64,000 bases of DNA from Eledone cirrhosa (GCA_964016885.1 OZ024753.1:35340001-35404000), one strand, 5' to 3'. Positions 26,808 through 41,150 are shown, counted from the first letter of the stretch. A program made the numbers and translations. The notes: generated by a model not told the origin, from the letters alone.

Positions 26808-27049
26808 GGTCAAAAACAAAAGTGAAAAAGCACAGAAGTATATTTAAAGATTATATTTTTTTTAATTCGACAGAATGAATAATAAAATTAAGCGGATTTA
26901 AACCCATTTAATGCAAAAATTATAAAATTATTCATTCTGTCGGATAATCTTTAAATATACCACTGTGTTATTTCATTCTTATGAATAACCCTTGATTTGT
27001 ATAGAACTTTAACCCCTTTTAAAACTATATATATATATATGTGTGTGTA

Positions 27050-27100
<51 letters not shown>

Positions 27101-27105
<5 letters not shown>

Positions 27106-27212
27106 AAAAGCCGTCAGGGTCCTGACTCTTTCCCTATTAACCACTCTACTACCATAAGTATCGAGTACTCTGGTGCGTTATGGTCCACCTGGTTTCTTAC
27201 CACTCTCTTTGT
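27101..27212 (+). mobile_element. PLE-like tail, family E
   Basis: GCCGTC.GGGTCCTGACTCTT...ACTCTACTACC..AAGTATCGAGTACTCTGGTGCGTTATGGTCCACCTGG between microsatellites. Confidence 0.7.
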
Positions 27213-27262
<50 letters not shown>

Positions 27263-27475
27263 GAATAATCGAGTATCGAAAAATCGGCGCACGTGTTCAC
27301 GATAAACAAAATTCGACATGAGTGGCAGAGGGCTCAATAATTCAGATAAATCAGAGCTATAACTATCGTTAAAATACCAACACACATAGATTATGTCTAA
27401 AATCAACCATACGACCGAAAAATTACGATCAGGAAGATTCGGGTCACTCAGATATATATATATATATAAATGTAT

Positions 27476-27591
27476 GTAAAAGGTAAACAGAAGTAACAAC
27501 ACAATTGGTACAGTATATGGAAGGGATATATTAGGTTAACGCTTGATATAGCAGGAAGTGGGTCTTAACGTTTCGGACGCTAGTCCTTCAT
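27476..27591 (-). mobile_element. PLE-like tail, family F, truncated in the HHR core
   Basis: Reverse complement ATGAAGGACTAGCGTCCGAAACGTTAAG... Confidence 0.7.
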
Positions 27592-27613
27592 ATGTGTGTG
27601 TGTGTGTGTGTTT

Positions 27614-27664
<51 letters not shown>

Positions 27665-28921
27665 CGGAGAGAGACAACCGACCAGAGTAACGAACTAGTA
27701 CTTTATTCATCGATCTCAAAAGGATGCAAGGACAAGGTTGAGCTCAGCGAGATTTGAACACAGATAGCTGAAACTAATATCACCACACATTCTCTCCGCC
27801 GTTCTGAACCTCTCTGTCAACTGAACGCTATCAACTAGATTCAGTAAGTTATATAAAATATGTTTCAGAATTAGCTCAACGACAGTTTACTACTTATTCC
27901 CTGGGGCTAAATTACACGAATTCTAATTATATTATTACTTATATACGTGAACAGTTCTGCTTACCTCAACATTGGCTTCTAAACAAATATAAATTGGATT
28001 AAACAAACATGTAAACCATCGTTGAACCATTTGTGTATTAATATAGTTTATAATATAGGCATGAAGTCACAAATATGTCGGTGGGAGGGGAACAGCTGCT
28101 GTGTATTCTGACATTCACTATTTTACTGGTACTTTATGTCATCGACCCAGAGAAAGATAAATGACAAAGCCGACCATGGCAAGGTTTGAACTCACGCTGC
28201 CACGAAGTACTGCAAAGCATGTTTCCTGATTCGGCTAATCCATAACCCCTTTATAGAATATACATGTGTATGTGTGTGTGTGTCATTTCCATGACAGAGA
28301 CGGTAATGTGGGATTTTGGAATAATTTGGCTGCTATTTCTAGCCAGTCGAGTGACCACGTAGAGGCTTTCTTCTGGGATCGTAGTACGACTACTTACAGA
28401 AGTTAGCGAATGAAGTGTTTCCTTCGCGCCTTTAAGTATGTTTTAGACGCTTGTCAGGCCTTGAGACGTTTCACTTTTAAGGTTTACATGAAGATGTGAG
28501 AGTGACCGCACAGTTAATACGCTTCACAACCACGTGGTGCTGGGTTCAATCTCGCTGGTCGTCACTTTGGGAATGGGGTCTTCTATAGCCTTGGTTCGAC
28601 CAGTGCCTTGTGAGTGGAATTTTGTACATATATTCTTCCCCCTCCCCGCCCCTCTCCCTCTCTCTCATATATATATATATATAGTGAAAAAAGTGTAGAC
28701 GTTAGAAAAACGTTCTATACAAATCACGTTATATAAGTAAAATAATTTAAAAAAAAAGGGTTGGAAAAGCGCACCTAGAATATATATATAAACAATCTTT
28801 ATAACATGTACAAAAATTGATGCTAAAAATTAATGTCAGCAAAGCCTGCTTTCTCCGTTCTGAATTATCAAAACATTTGTTATTAGGTTAAATTGTTTTT
28901 GCGTTAAAATACCTCTTCTCT

Positions 28922-29002
<81 letters not shown>

Positions 29003-29573
29003 AGATTTTGAAATGATATTTGGATTTGCATACGAGCAGATCGAGAAATAAATCCACCGATTTAGCTCGAGTTTGTAGGTGAATGCTAAAGTTTGGCACT
29101 CCGTGAAGTCAGGAACATTGCCAAAGTGTTGTTGTTATTGTTATGACTGTTGTTGTTGTTGTTGTTGTTGACATAACTAACGTTACACAAATTAAGTAGT
29201 TGAATCCTGGTGCCGAAGGCGGCGAATTGGCAGAGTCGTAGGACGTCAGATAGAGTGCCTTGTGGTATTTATTCCAGTTCTTTGCTCTTTAAGTTCAAAT
29301 CCCACCAAGGTCAACTTTGCCTTTCATCCTTTCAAGTTCGATAAAAAATTAAAAAATACCAGTTTAGTATCAGGGGTCAATTCTTCGTCCCGTTTCTCTT
29401 TTTTTTTTCTCTCTCTTTCCCTTTCGTTGTTTCGGAAGACATGGCTGTCTTCAAATATGGAGAGTGAATGGGTTTCACCAGGTTTATAGATTGCTCAAGA
29501 CACTCCATTTGGAGTTACGAGACTGCCCGCCAATTCATCCATCTATACATCCATCCATCCAATCATACTCACA

Positions 29574-29846
<273 letters not shown>

Positions 29847-30096
29847 AGATCCATCCATACATACATACTGTTACTGTAGGCATTTTTGTGTTTTGTTTAT
29901 TTATTATAATTTTCTATTTTGATAATGTGTGTCAGATATAGTTTAGTTACTAATACCCAATCTAACCCACACATGTTTAGATGTTGTAGGACCTCCGTCA
30001 GCTCCGACGACGAGTGCTCCAGTTGTTCGAACAACAGAACAGCCTGCTCGTGAAACTAACGTACCTGTCTCTGAACTGTTTACAGTTACCTGTATT

Positions 30097-30810
30097 ATTA
30101 ACCCTTTTGATGCTAAGCCGCCTGAAACCGCCTCAGGTTCGACGATACAAAACTGCTTATCTTGAAGTGTTTATATTTATAACCCCGCCCCCTTCACAAT
30201 TTTATGTAGAACATCTGTTAAGCTATGCCCCGAACACCAGCTTAATAATGAGAAAGTTAGTACTATAAGGTCTCAAATAATAAGGAATGGGGGTGGAATA
30301 AGCGGGGAGTGGGGGTGGGGAAATCGATAATTTTTCTAGGTTGACTTCCTTGATTTTTTGTTAAAAAAACCAGAATTAGTTGTTTAGCTTACATATTGAG
30401 ACCCTAACCCATCCTTTTTATTTTATAACGTACGACATTTCTTATAAAGTTCTTTTTTTTTTTGTCAAGCATAATATTTTTTAATGTCTAAAGAAAATTA
30501 ATTGTAGCAGGAATGCTACCACTTAAAATACAATTTTGGCAGAGATAGATTAGCAAAATTTAATAATGGGTGGGGTATGGGTGGGTGGGTGGGGGGTCTG
30601 AAAAATTAATAAGTGAGGAATAGGGGCGATTATTCAAGTATCGAGAGTAAGAGCATCTGTTAAGCTATGCTCCCAACAACCAGCAGCTTAACAACGAGGA
30701 AGTTAGTAGTAATTTCTACTAAATCTCATTAAATTCTTGATTATTTTTTAAAATGATTTAAAAATTACAGGCAATGTATTTCATGAAAAATATCGTAACG
30801 AAAGGGTCAA
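30097..30810. mobile_element. Degenerate TTAA-type MITE/DNA transposon relic
   Basis: TTAACCCTTTTG...CGAAAGGGTCAA ends; internal duplication. Confidence 0.45.
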
Positions 30811-30895
30811 TGCAGTTCTCAGGGAGATTCAGCATGATACAGCCCGCATGCTGATGCAGGTAAAAGAGAAAACCTAATTAATTTATGTATGTACC

Positions 30896-30927
<32 letters not shown>

Positions 30928-31308
30928 CGTTGAGTCTGTCCATTTATGTGTGTGTGTATGTGTGCGCGTTGAGTCTGTCCGTTTATGTGTGTGTGCGTGG
31001 GTTTGTGTGTGTACGTATGTATGTGTATGCGTGTTTTCTGTGTACGTATGGGTGTGTGCGTGTTCCTGTGTGTTTATATATGCATTTATACTAATTACTG
31101 AGTGTAAACATCTATATTAGTGTATGAAGCTAACTGCAAGTTGGTATTGGAAACAGAATTGAAAAGGAAACGGAGAGGAGGAGGAGAAGGAGGAGGGGGA
31201 AAGAGGAGGAGGGGGAAGGAAGGAACGTCTGCAGAAGATTAAGATAAATATAGAGAGAGCTTATTAAAGAATTCTTGTAATTTGATAACTCTGTGCCAAC
31301 TGACGAAC

Positions 31309-31362
<54 letters not shown>

Positions 31363-32043
31363 TGAGAGAATGAGGGTGAGAGAAAGAGTGAGGAAAGAAA
31401 ATAAAGAGGGAAGGAAAGAGAGAGGGAAGGAAAGAGGGGAGATATGATGAGGTAAATATAGCGTGGGGAAGAGAGGGAAGCAGAGAGAGAAGAAGAAGAA
31501 GAAGAAGAAGAAGAAGAAGAAGAAGAAGAAGAAGAAGAAGAAGAAAAGATAAACAGAAATGAAGAAATAGAAGAGAAGAACGAGAATGAAAGGGAAGGGA
31601 AGAAAGGAAAGAGAAGGAAAGAGAGGAAAGGGATGGTTGAGAGAAGAGAATGACTTAGAATCTCCAATTGTATATATAATTCCTTGACATATTAATCTAT
31701 AATTAAACAATTGCGAAGTACAGAGTTAAGTGGTTAAAGCGTTAAGCTGGCGACCAAAAGCAGGTGGGTTCGATTCCTAGATCAGGCGGAACGTTATATT
31801 CTTGAGCAAAATACTTCATTTCATGCCAGGAGTTGCGACCGGCAGGTAGTATCACCAATGGGCAGGTCAATGGAAACAATACTTTCTTGGTCTGATCTGA
31901 CGATCGGACTTCCCTTTTTAGGCATGGGTGTGGTGTGAGGTTAACGAGTTCACGTTGGTTAAGTGTCTTCTACTATAAGGTCTGGGGCTGATTGATGCCT
32001 ATATATATATATATATATTTATATATATAGGCATCAATCAGCC

Positions 32044-32082
<39 letters not shown>

Positions 32083-32115
32083 ACCTCCTACACATATATA
32101 TATATATATATATAA

Positions 32116-32204
<89 letters not shown>

Positions 32205-32419
32205 TTAAAACAATGAAATAAAAAAATCAAGTCATTAGAGATATACTTCACTGCTTTACGATCGTTTCTAGATGATGATAATACATTGTAGATATACTCC
32301 GTTATTGATCTATGTAAGGTTAGTTACAAAATATCATATATATTTATAGTAAGGTTGCTTGGATGCGCCCATAGGCGGTATGCGGTTGGGTACTCTATGT
32401 TCCTTCAGAGCAGAGTATA

Positions 32420-32737
32420 ATAATATGGAAAACGAAGAATCAGTGATGCATCGGAACACAATTTATTAAGTATTGCAATTGTTTCTCCAGCGAACAGCTC
32501 GAGGTGCGATCTGTTTGTGGATCGAACCTCACTCTGGAGTCGCAAGTTCCTCAGATACGTCTAGTGATTTCGAAGCAGAAAGAGGATTTGCTTCGAAATT
32601 ACTAGACGTATCTAAAGAACTTGCGACTCCAGAGTCAGGTTCGATCCACAAACAGATCGCACCTCGAGCTGTTCGCCGGAGAAACAATTGTAAAACTGTG
32701 TTCCGATGTATCACTGATTCTACGTTTTCCATATTAT
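32420..32737. mobile_element. PLE-like palindromic insertion with large-stem-II HHR remnants, family I
   Basis: Arms ~32420-32577 and 32589-32737; arm consensus GUAU-CUGAGGA-long stem II-GAAA-C(AAUU)G-UA-AUAC. Confidence 0.75.
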
Positions 32738-32919
32738 ATATATACATATATAGATTACCGCCTTAAAACAAGATCAACTTACACAACAACGCCAGAATCA
32801 ACAGTTTTCCAAGAGATGGAGACTTGAATGGATCTGTTTTTCTCTCAGAAATTTCTTTTCGTTTCTGCCACTGCCCACTTTCCTCTAGCTTTCTATTTCT
32901 TCTTTAATTTCACATTCTA

Positions 32920-32955
32920 TTTTCTGATGAAGGACTAGTGTCCGAAACGTTAAGG
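32920..32955 (+). ncRNA. Minimal hammerhead ribozyme, family F (tail extends to ~33032)
   Basis: CUGAUGA-A-GGAC(UAGU)GUCC-GAAACGUU; stem I is weak. Confidence 0.7.
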
Positions 32956-33060
32956 CTCTTTTCCAAGCGTTAAACTAATATATTTCTTCATTGTACCGTG
33001 CCGTTTGGTTTGTTATTTCTCTTTACTTTTTACACACACACACATTATATATACATACAT

Positions 33061-33250
33061 AGGGCGGTGGATTGGCAGTATCGGTAGAGGGTCGGACACC
33101 ATGCTTTCCAGCATAGTTACGTCCCTTTACGATCTGAGTTCAAATCCCGCCGAGGTTGACTTTGCCTTTCATCCTTACGGGGTCGATAAAATAAAGTACC
33201 AGTAATGTACTGGGTAATTGCTGGCCTTGTGCCTAAAGTAGAAACAATTA
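33061..33250 (+). mobile_element. Young full-length tRNA-derived SINE (family S1)
   Basis: A/B boxes, conserved central domain GCCTTTCATCCTTACGGGGTCGATAAAATAAAGTACCAG, TSD ATTATATATACATACAT; near-identical copies at 53476-53663, 59871-60059 and 61139-61305 (all -). Confidence 0.9.
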
Positions 33251-33278
33251 TATATACATACATATATATATATATATA

Positions 33279-33574
<296 letters not shown>

Positions 33575-33934
33575 ATTTTTACACACAACCATACACACCA
33601 GGGAATTAGAAGCCTGGAAGTCAGCATATAATTAAATGCCTATTATTTTGATATTGGACCGATGTAATTCCCCGTACCACTCAATCCATATATATATATA
33701 TATACGCAGTGTGATGTATTATATATATATATACACACACACACGAGGTATAATGTTATTAAACACACCTACCACCGTCAGTTCAGGTCTATCATATAAT
33801 TAAACATAATGAAAATAAAAGGCAAAATGGATTCCATGTCTTCTCGTTGAACGTCGTTAGAGCTTTTGTGTTCACGTTTTATTGCCTGTTGCCTTGAATC
33901 GTACAACTAATTATCTGTCCATCTAAATGGATGA

Positions 33935-34088
33935 AATTGATATCCCGTTAAGGGTGAAAGCAGCGATTCTTTGCTTAAACTTTAATCTGTTATTCTAATA
34001 AATATTTGCTCTACGGTTCTTATATATTTGATATATATTTATCCTTATCGAGCCCTCTTTGGATTTTAGTCTTCAAATTTATTATTAT

Positions 34089-34093
<5 letters not shown>
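33935..34093 (+). mobile_element. PLE-like tail, family B, uninverted
   Basis: ATCCCGTTAAGGGTGAAAGC... through ATTATTATTAC into (TA)n. Confidence 0.7.
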
Positions 34094-34143
<50 letters not shown>

Positions 34144-34269
34144 ATACATAATACAAATATAATGCTTAGCCAGACGTAATTTACCGTACATTTCATAAAT
34201 ATTATAATAGTATATATAATCTAAAAGGCTATGTAAAGACTATAAACTCCATTCCTGTCTCTATTAACT

Positions 34270-34327
<58 letters not shown>

Positions 34328-34465
34328 GACATTTCAAAACAAACAGCTTTAGATCGGATCAGTGCAATATACCAAATATATATATACTATATATATACTA
34401 CCCCAAGTATCGAAGTATCGAGTACTCTGGTGAGTAATGGTCTCACAGGTTTTTACTGCATCTAG

Positions 34466-34514
<49 letters not shown>

Positions 34515-34568
34515 TTGTAATAGAATGAAAACGAAATTTCATTTCTCACTCTTAGTACGGCACTTACT

Positions 34569-34626
34569 TAAATGTAAGTATGTATGTATACGTACATACA
34601 TATATGTATACAGACGTACAGCCGCA

Positions 34627-34665
<39 letters not shown>

Positions 34666-34980
34666 GTACACATACATATATGTACGTATCAGTTTAGCGG
34701 ACGATATGCAAATTAGGCTGCTCAGCCGTTAATTTTCATAAGGAAAGTATATACTTTCGAACGTTCAACCATCTGGCAGAAGGGTATACGGTGCTGACGA
34801 TAGCTAACAAGCTTGAAACTAGTACATCGTTCCTGTGTCAGTGTTGAACAAAAAGGTGACGTGGTTGCCTTAACACCGTACGGCATAAATTCAGGCTGTC
34901 CGTTTGTTTACAAATGGACAACGCGGGCGTTATAATAAACGTCCGCTAAACTGATACGTACATATATATATGTGTACCTG

Positions 34981-35028
<48 letters not shown>

Positions 35029-35081
35029 TGCTACTGTACGTCTGTATACATATATGTATGTACGTATACATACATACTTAC

Positions 35082-35086
<5 letters not shown>
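34569..35086. mobile_element. PLE-like element with long inverted flanks and internal HHR, family H
   Basis: Inverted repeats ~34569-34702 and 34939-35086, each containing a (TA)n tract. Confidence 0.7.
34789..34829 (+). ncRNA. Minimal type I hammerhead ribozyme
   Basis: CGGUG-CUGACGA-U-AGCU(AACA)AGCU-U-GAAA-C(UA)G-UA-CAUCG; palindromic ACUAGU. Confidence 0.85.
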
Positions 35087-35143
<57 letters not shown>

Positions 35144-35239
35144 TCTTTCCAGTTCCAGGTTGAAAAATTGATCCTGCTAACCAACTAAAAGTACGTTCCT
35201 GGTATGGCTTCGTTATAGTACTAGTAATAATAATAATCA

Positions 35240-35317
<78 letters not shown>

Positions 35318-35319
<2 letters not shown>

Positions 35320-35536
35320 AAAATGAGGTGTTTTTTTTTAAAATGAAAAAAAAAAACGAGATGTCCTACACGAGTGAAAGTATAAGAAAAAAAAGATGAA
35401 ATCGAAAATGCAACCAGAAACCCTCCATCGCAATTCTACTTTTGAAAAGCATAAGAACTGTGAAACCGGTAAAGGAAACAAATAAATATTCTTAAAAGGC
35501 TCCAGTTGCATTTTCGATTTCATCTTTGTTCCTTAT

Positions 35537-35537
<1 letters not shown>
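35318..35537. mobile_element. PLE-like inverted insertion, family D
   Basis: Homologous to 46746-47090; TTGAAAAGCATAAGAACTGTGAAACCGGTAAAGG. Confidence 0.75.
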
Positions 35538-35586
<49 letters not shown>

Positions 35587-35627
35587 CGCCGTTTTACGCC
35601 CGTTCTTCCATGCTAGCATGGGTTAGG

Positions 35628-35698
<71 letters not shown>

Positions 35699-35702
<4 letters not shown>

Positions 35703-35965
35703 AGGTGAGTTTTATTGTAGTACAATAAAGCAATGCAGATATCGGATAAGAAGCACCCTACAGTTTGTAGGACTGGAGTATACATAATATATAAGAACAA
35801 AAGATGGTTAAAAGAGTTCCATGTGTTTTTTAACCTTCATATCATGTCTTCCTGTTTTATCTGATGAAAACACAAATATTATTGCATGATGATATTTGTT
35901 TTTGAAATGCGCATAATAAAATACATGGAACTCTTTTAACCATCTTTTGTTCTTATATATTATAT
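35699..35965. mobile_element. PLE-like inverted insertion, family A, with HHR at 35854-35922 (+)
   Basis: Reverse tail 35699-35824 plus forward GUUUUAU-CUGAUGA-...-GAAAUGCGCAUA-AUAAAAU; (TA)n on both sides. Confidence 0.85.
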
Positions 35966-35976
35966 ATATATATATG

Positions 35977-36028
<52 letters not shown>

Positions 36029-36946
36029 TTGTCTATAAAAGGCAAAGAAAGTCATGTACTGGTATGACGACTATCCTACGACGTAAATGCATCTCCAGTA
36101 AAGATGAAGCAAAGGTTAAGAGATAAACAATGAATCTATATGTTCATTCATTACTCCAACTCGAGACTTATTAGGCTTTGTTATTATACATTCTTACGTA
36201 ACCATCTAGAAAAACCGGTGTTGCTTTAACTGACAACACATCCTACATATTCACAACATTTACATAAATGGCGAATATTTGTTAAACATTCTGTTAGCTG
36301 TCGTAAATAAACTAATAAAGTCGTACACATTATAAACACTTACTGTTTCACATATAGACATTTAACAAGAATACTCAACCACAAGTGCTATTCTCTATTT
36401 GAATAGGCAGCTATTAACGAGTCGTAACGCAAAATACATAAAAAGGAAAAGAAAAAAGAAAAGGTCCAAGGTAATTATTGAAATCCGAGTCGACAAAATA
36501 TATTAGCAAAATTGAATAAGTTTGTGTCTCACGTGATATGATTTTTTGTTATCCTAATGGCTTTTTGTCTTGGTTAAAGAAATTATTAACGTTTTTGAAG
36601 TTGTTGGAATGTTACCTTGCAAATGTTTAATTAGTCCTTAATATTTCGGGATAAATCCCTGCGTCAAAAGAAGAGTTAAGGAAATTAAATCGGGGCAAGA
36701 AACCTTGTTTTGTTCTTAATGCTATTGCTTTGTTGATGTCATCATTTTGTGAGAGCTATCAAGAAGTTAGGATCTATAATAAGAAAGAGCTGAAATTAAC
36801 CAACGGATCAATTTGAACCAAGATTGAACGCCAAGTTTCAATACTAGGCATTACATTCCACGACAATTACTATTCCACAAACGGTTTTATCTCCATACCT
36901 GTTAAACCAGTCAATATTTCAGCCAAAGACAATGCCTCTATATGTA

Positions 36947-37144
36947 CGAGGGTGGGCTGAAAAGTTCATAGGCTGACTATGAAGGAGTAATGCTAGAACT
37001 GTGAAATCTTGCTTGCATTAATTTCAACTTTCCTTATTTATAACTGCACTGTTTCTTTCTAGGATCTATGTCGAAAAATAAATCTCATTTGGTCATTCCA
37101 TGAGAGTATCTTAGCCAGCCTATGAACTTTTCAGCCAACCCTCG
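36947..37144. mobile_element. Mariner-type MITE
   Basis: TA-CGAGGGTGGGCTGAAAAGTTCATAGGCTG...CAGCCTATGAACTTTTCAGCCAACCCTCG-TA; second copy at 53352-53750. Confidence 0.85.
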
Positions 37145-37541
37145 TATGATCATTTTAAAACAAACAGTTTTATATCATAGAACCAGAAGCAGATTCAGGT
37201 GATTTCTTATGAAAAATAAATGAGAGGCTCAGTGTTTGTAGTGAGTTTATAGGTTTTAGATGTATGGGTAATTTTTTTCTTTTAATGATGTATAATAATT
37301 GTTTCTACTTTTGGCACAAGGCCAGTAATTACCCAGTACATTACTGGTACTTTATTTTATCGACCCCGTAAGGATAAAAGGCAAAGTTAACCTCGGCGGG
37401 ATTTGAACTCAGATCATAAAGGGACGTAACTCTATGCTTCAAAGCATGGTGTCCAACTCTCTAATGATGTATAATAATATAACTGCACTAGTCATTCCAT
37501 GAGAGTATCTTGGTCAGCCTGTGAACTTTTCAGCCGACCCT

Positions 37542-37871
<330 letters not shown>

Positions 37872-37918
<47 letters not shown>

Positions 37919-37951
37919 TATATATATATATATGCTATATATATATATATG

Positions 37952-38015
<64 letters not shown>

Positions 38016-38118
38016 TATATATATATATATAGATATATATATATATATATATATATAGATATGGTATATATATATATAGAGAGAGAGATATGGTATATAT
38101 ATATATATAGATATATAT

Positions 38119-38162
<44 letters not shown>

Positions 38163-38222
38163 TATATATATATATATATGCTATATATATATATATATGC
38201 TATATATATATATATATATATG

Positions 38223-38282
<60 letters not shown>

Positions 38283-38290
38283 ATATGCTA

Positions 38291-38324
<34 letters not shown>

Positions 38325-38336
38325 TATATAGATATG

Positions 38337-38380
<44 letters not shown>

Positions 38381-38416
38381 CAAATTCAGAAACGATATAT
38401 ATATATATATATATAT
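37872..38416. repeat. Long interrupted (TA)n tract with recurrent TATGCTA/TATGGTA interruptions
   Basis: Direct reading of the sequence. Confidence 0.95.
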
Positions 38417-38932
38417 AGAACCAGACGTGAATATACAATAAATAATGCTGGAGTGTATTTAAACAGCTTTAATTCAAGTCATATATCAGTGAGTGTTGAA
38501 TATATTATAGTGATGGAGTGACGTAATTCATATAAAGACTTAACAGAGAGGAGAATAAAAAATATATCAAATAAAACATTGGTAACAAAGAACGAAAATA
38601 GGATAATTGCAGTTGGCACCATAAATTATTTCATCACACAGAGAGAAAGAACAAAAGTAAAATAGCCGCCTACCCTTCATAAAAGTAAAATAGCCCCCTA
38701 CCCTTCACAAAAAAGCAACAAAAAAAAAAATCCCTGAAAAAGAAGGAAAAAACCCTCCCAAATAAGTTGTCGCGTTCCCTTTTTTCGTTTGAGTTTCACG
38801 GTTTGGCTAAGCCATTGTTGTTTTGTGAGAACTGCTATTGCTTTCATAGTATTTCTAGCCCCCTCAGCCGCTTTCCTTAATTTCACATGGGGTATTGACT
38901 CTTTTATATAGAGTTATATACAGGGTCTAGTG

Positions 38933-39130
38933 AAGGCGTGTGGCTGAGTGGTTAGAGAATTGGATTCACAATCTTGAGGTTGTGATTTCGATTCCTGGAC
39001 CGAGCGTTATGTCCTTGAGCAAGACACTTTATTTCACGTTGCTCCTTCTACCTGGAGTTGCGACCGGTAGATAGTATTAGCAACTGGAAAGACCGACGGA
39101 AACATTGTTTCCTCGGTCCGATTTGACGAA
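38933..39130 (+). mobile_element. CORE-like tRNA SINE
   Basis: GGCGTGTGGCTGAGTGGTTAG...TTCGATTCC...GTCCTTGAGCAAGACACTT; relatives at 31720-31900, 40352-40520, 42475-42940 (-) and 62950-63072. Confidence 0.75.
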
Positions 39131-39436
39131 AGTCGATCGATCCTTTATATACAGGGTCACCCCCCCCCCCCGAAAATGTATATATATATATATATTTACT
39201 AGAAATGCTGTTGAAGTGTGTATACATTTTGGGGGGGGCACCCTGTATTAAAAATATAGTTGTAGTTAGTGAGAATGAAGGTGTGAGTGACTAAGGATGG
39301 AATAGATTTCGGGGCTGGTTTGTTGAGGTTTTTATAGTGTGTTCAGTCAGCAACAACAACAACAACGGTAAAATATTGTCATTTCGGACGATGTCGTCTG
39401 GCTGAGATAAGTTTAATATGCGTTAAAACGTGGGTC

Positions 39437-39620
39437 GAGAGAGAGAGAGAGAGAGAGAGAACGGGAGAGCTAGAGAGAGAGAGAAAGAGAGAGCTAGAGA
39501 GAGAGGGCTCGGGAGAGAACTAGAGATGGAGAGAGAAAGAGAGAGAGAGAGAGAGAACGGGAGAGCTAGAGAGAGAGAGAAAGAGAGAGCTAGAGAGAGA
39601 GGGCGCGGGAGAGAACTAGA

Positions 39621-39655
<35 letters not shown>

Positions 39656-39731
39656 GGAGAGCTAGAGAGAGAGAGAAAGAGAGAGCTAGAGAGAGAGGGC
39701 GCGGGAGAGAACTAGAGATGGAGAGAGAAAG

Positions 39732-39774
<43 letters not shown>

Positions 39775-39840
39775 ACGGGAGAGCTAGAGAGAGAGAAAGA
39801 GAGAGCTAGAGAGAGAGGGCGCGGGAGAGAACTAGAGATG

Positions 39841-39871
<31 letters not shown>
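39437..39871. repeat. GA-rich minisatellite with GGGCGCGGGAGAGAACTAGAGATG units
   Basis: Direct reading of the sequence. Confidence 0.9.
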
Positions 39872-39872
<1 letters not shown>

Positions 39873-40754
39873 TCACCCTCAGTACTTGACTGGTAATTTA
39901 TTCATCAATCCTTAAAGGAAGAACAACAAAGCTACCGTCAATGGGGATTGAACTCTGAGTATCAAGAGTTGGAGCAGCCATCGTAATACTGGACATTCAA
40001 GTCGCCGCCTACCACTCACATCTGAATTACAATTCTAAGTTAACCCCTCACAATTCTCTCACAAAATAACAAACTATCCTGCAAGCTATTAGTATAACAA
40101 AGATTTGTAGGTGTGTATTTGATTGTATCTTGTTTGATCTAGCTTTCACATGTCCCTACACTTCTATAATTTACATTTAAGTAGGTGTGGGCTGCACTGT
40201 TTGTAAACAGACAATACTGACCTAAGCTTGTAGGCTTTATTAAAAAAGAAATCTTGGTGCAGAAATGAAATACAACCCCTGGGTGTGCTGAATACCTGCG
40301 TAATTACACTTCTTTAAATCTTTTTCAGAGTTTCTAGAGCAAGAATTGTGCAGGCGCCTGGCTTAGAGGTTAAGGTGTTGGGCTGACAATCCTGTGTTCA
40401 ATTTCCGGTCTGGGTGACGAGTTGTGTCCTTGAACACGACACTTTAGTTCGGGCTGCTCCAATACACTCAGCTGATAAAAATCAGTTGTGACGACACTGG
40501 TGTCAAGCTGTCTCGGCCTTGGATAATACGTATGTCGTTGGCCTTTTCTCCCCTCACGGCCAAAAGAAAAACTAAACTAAACTAAACTAAAACAAGATAA
40601 ATAAATAAATATTGGGCACTTATCCGTTTTAGTGTGGATTCTTTTAAAACTTCTTCTAACTTTCTTATTAAGCATTATTTTTTTTTATGGCATTTGGATT
40701 TTTATGTTTTGAAATTCAGAATCTGTAATATATATCTTAAAACCGGACCTGGTA

Positions 40755-40838
40755 TCCTCCTCCTCCACCACCACCAGAAACACCACCACCACTACCAGCA
40801 ACACCACCATCACCACCAGCAGCAACACCACCATCACC

Positions 40839-40869
<31 letters not shown>

Positions 40870-41150
40870 GCAACACCACCTCCACCACCACCACCACCAG
40901 CACCACCACCCCCACCATCACCACCAGCACCAGCACCACCACCACCACCTCCACCAGCAACACCACCATCATCACCAGCCCCACCATCACCAACACCAGC
41001 ACCATCACCACCAGCAGCAGCACCACCACCATCACCAGCAACACCACCACCAGCAACACCACCACCACCAGCAACACCACCGCCACCACCACCACCACTA
41101 CTACCACCAACAACAACACCACTAAATAATTCCACCACCACCACCACCAC
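40755..41150. repeat. (CAC/CAG)n microsatellite
   Basis: Direct reading of the sequence. Confidence 0.95.

Noticed and set aside
26823-26980. Degenerate AT-rich inverted repeat
   Set aside because: No HHR core, TIR/TSD signature or second copy visible, so it cannot be classified.
32251-32270. GAAACGATCGTA minimal stem III on the minus strand next to (TA)n
   Set aside because: Probably another truncated PLE-like tail, but the CUGANGA half is absent, so it was not called.
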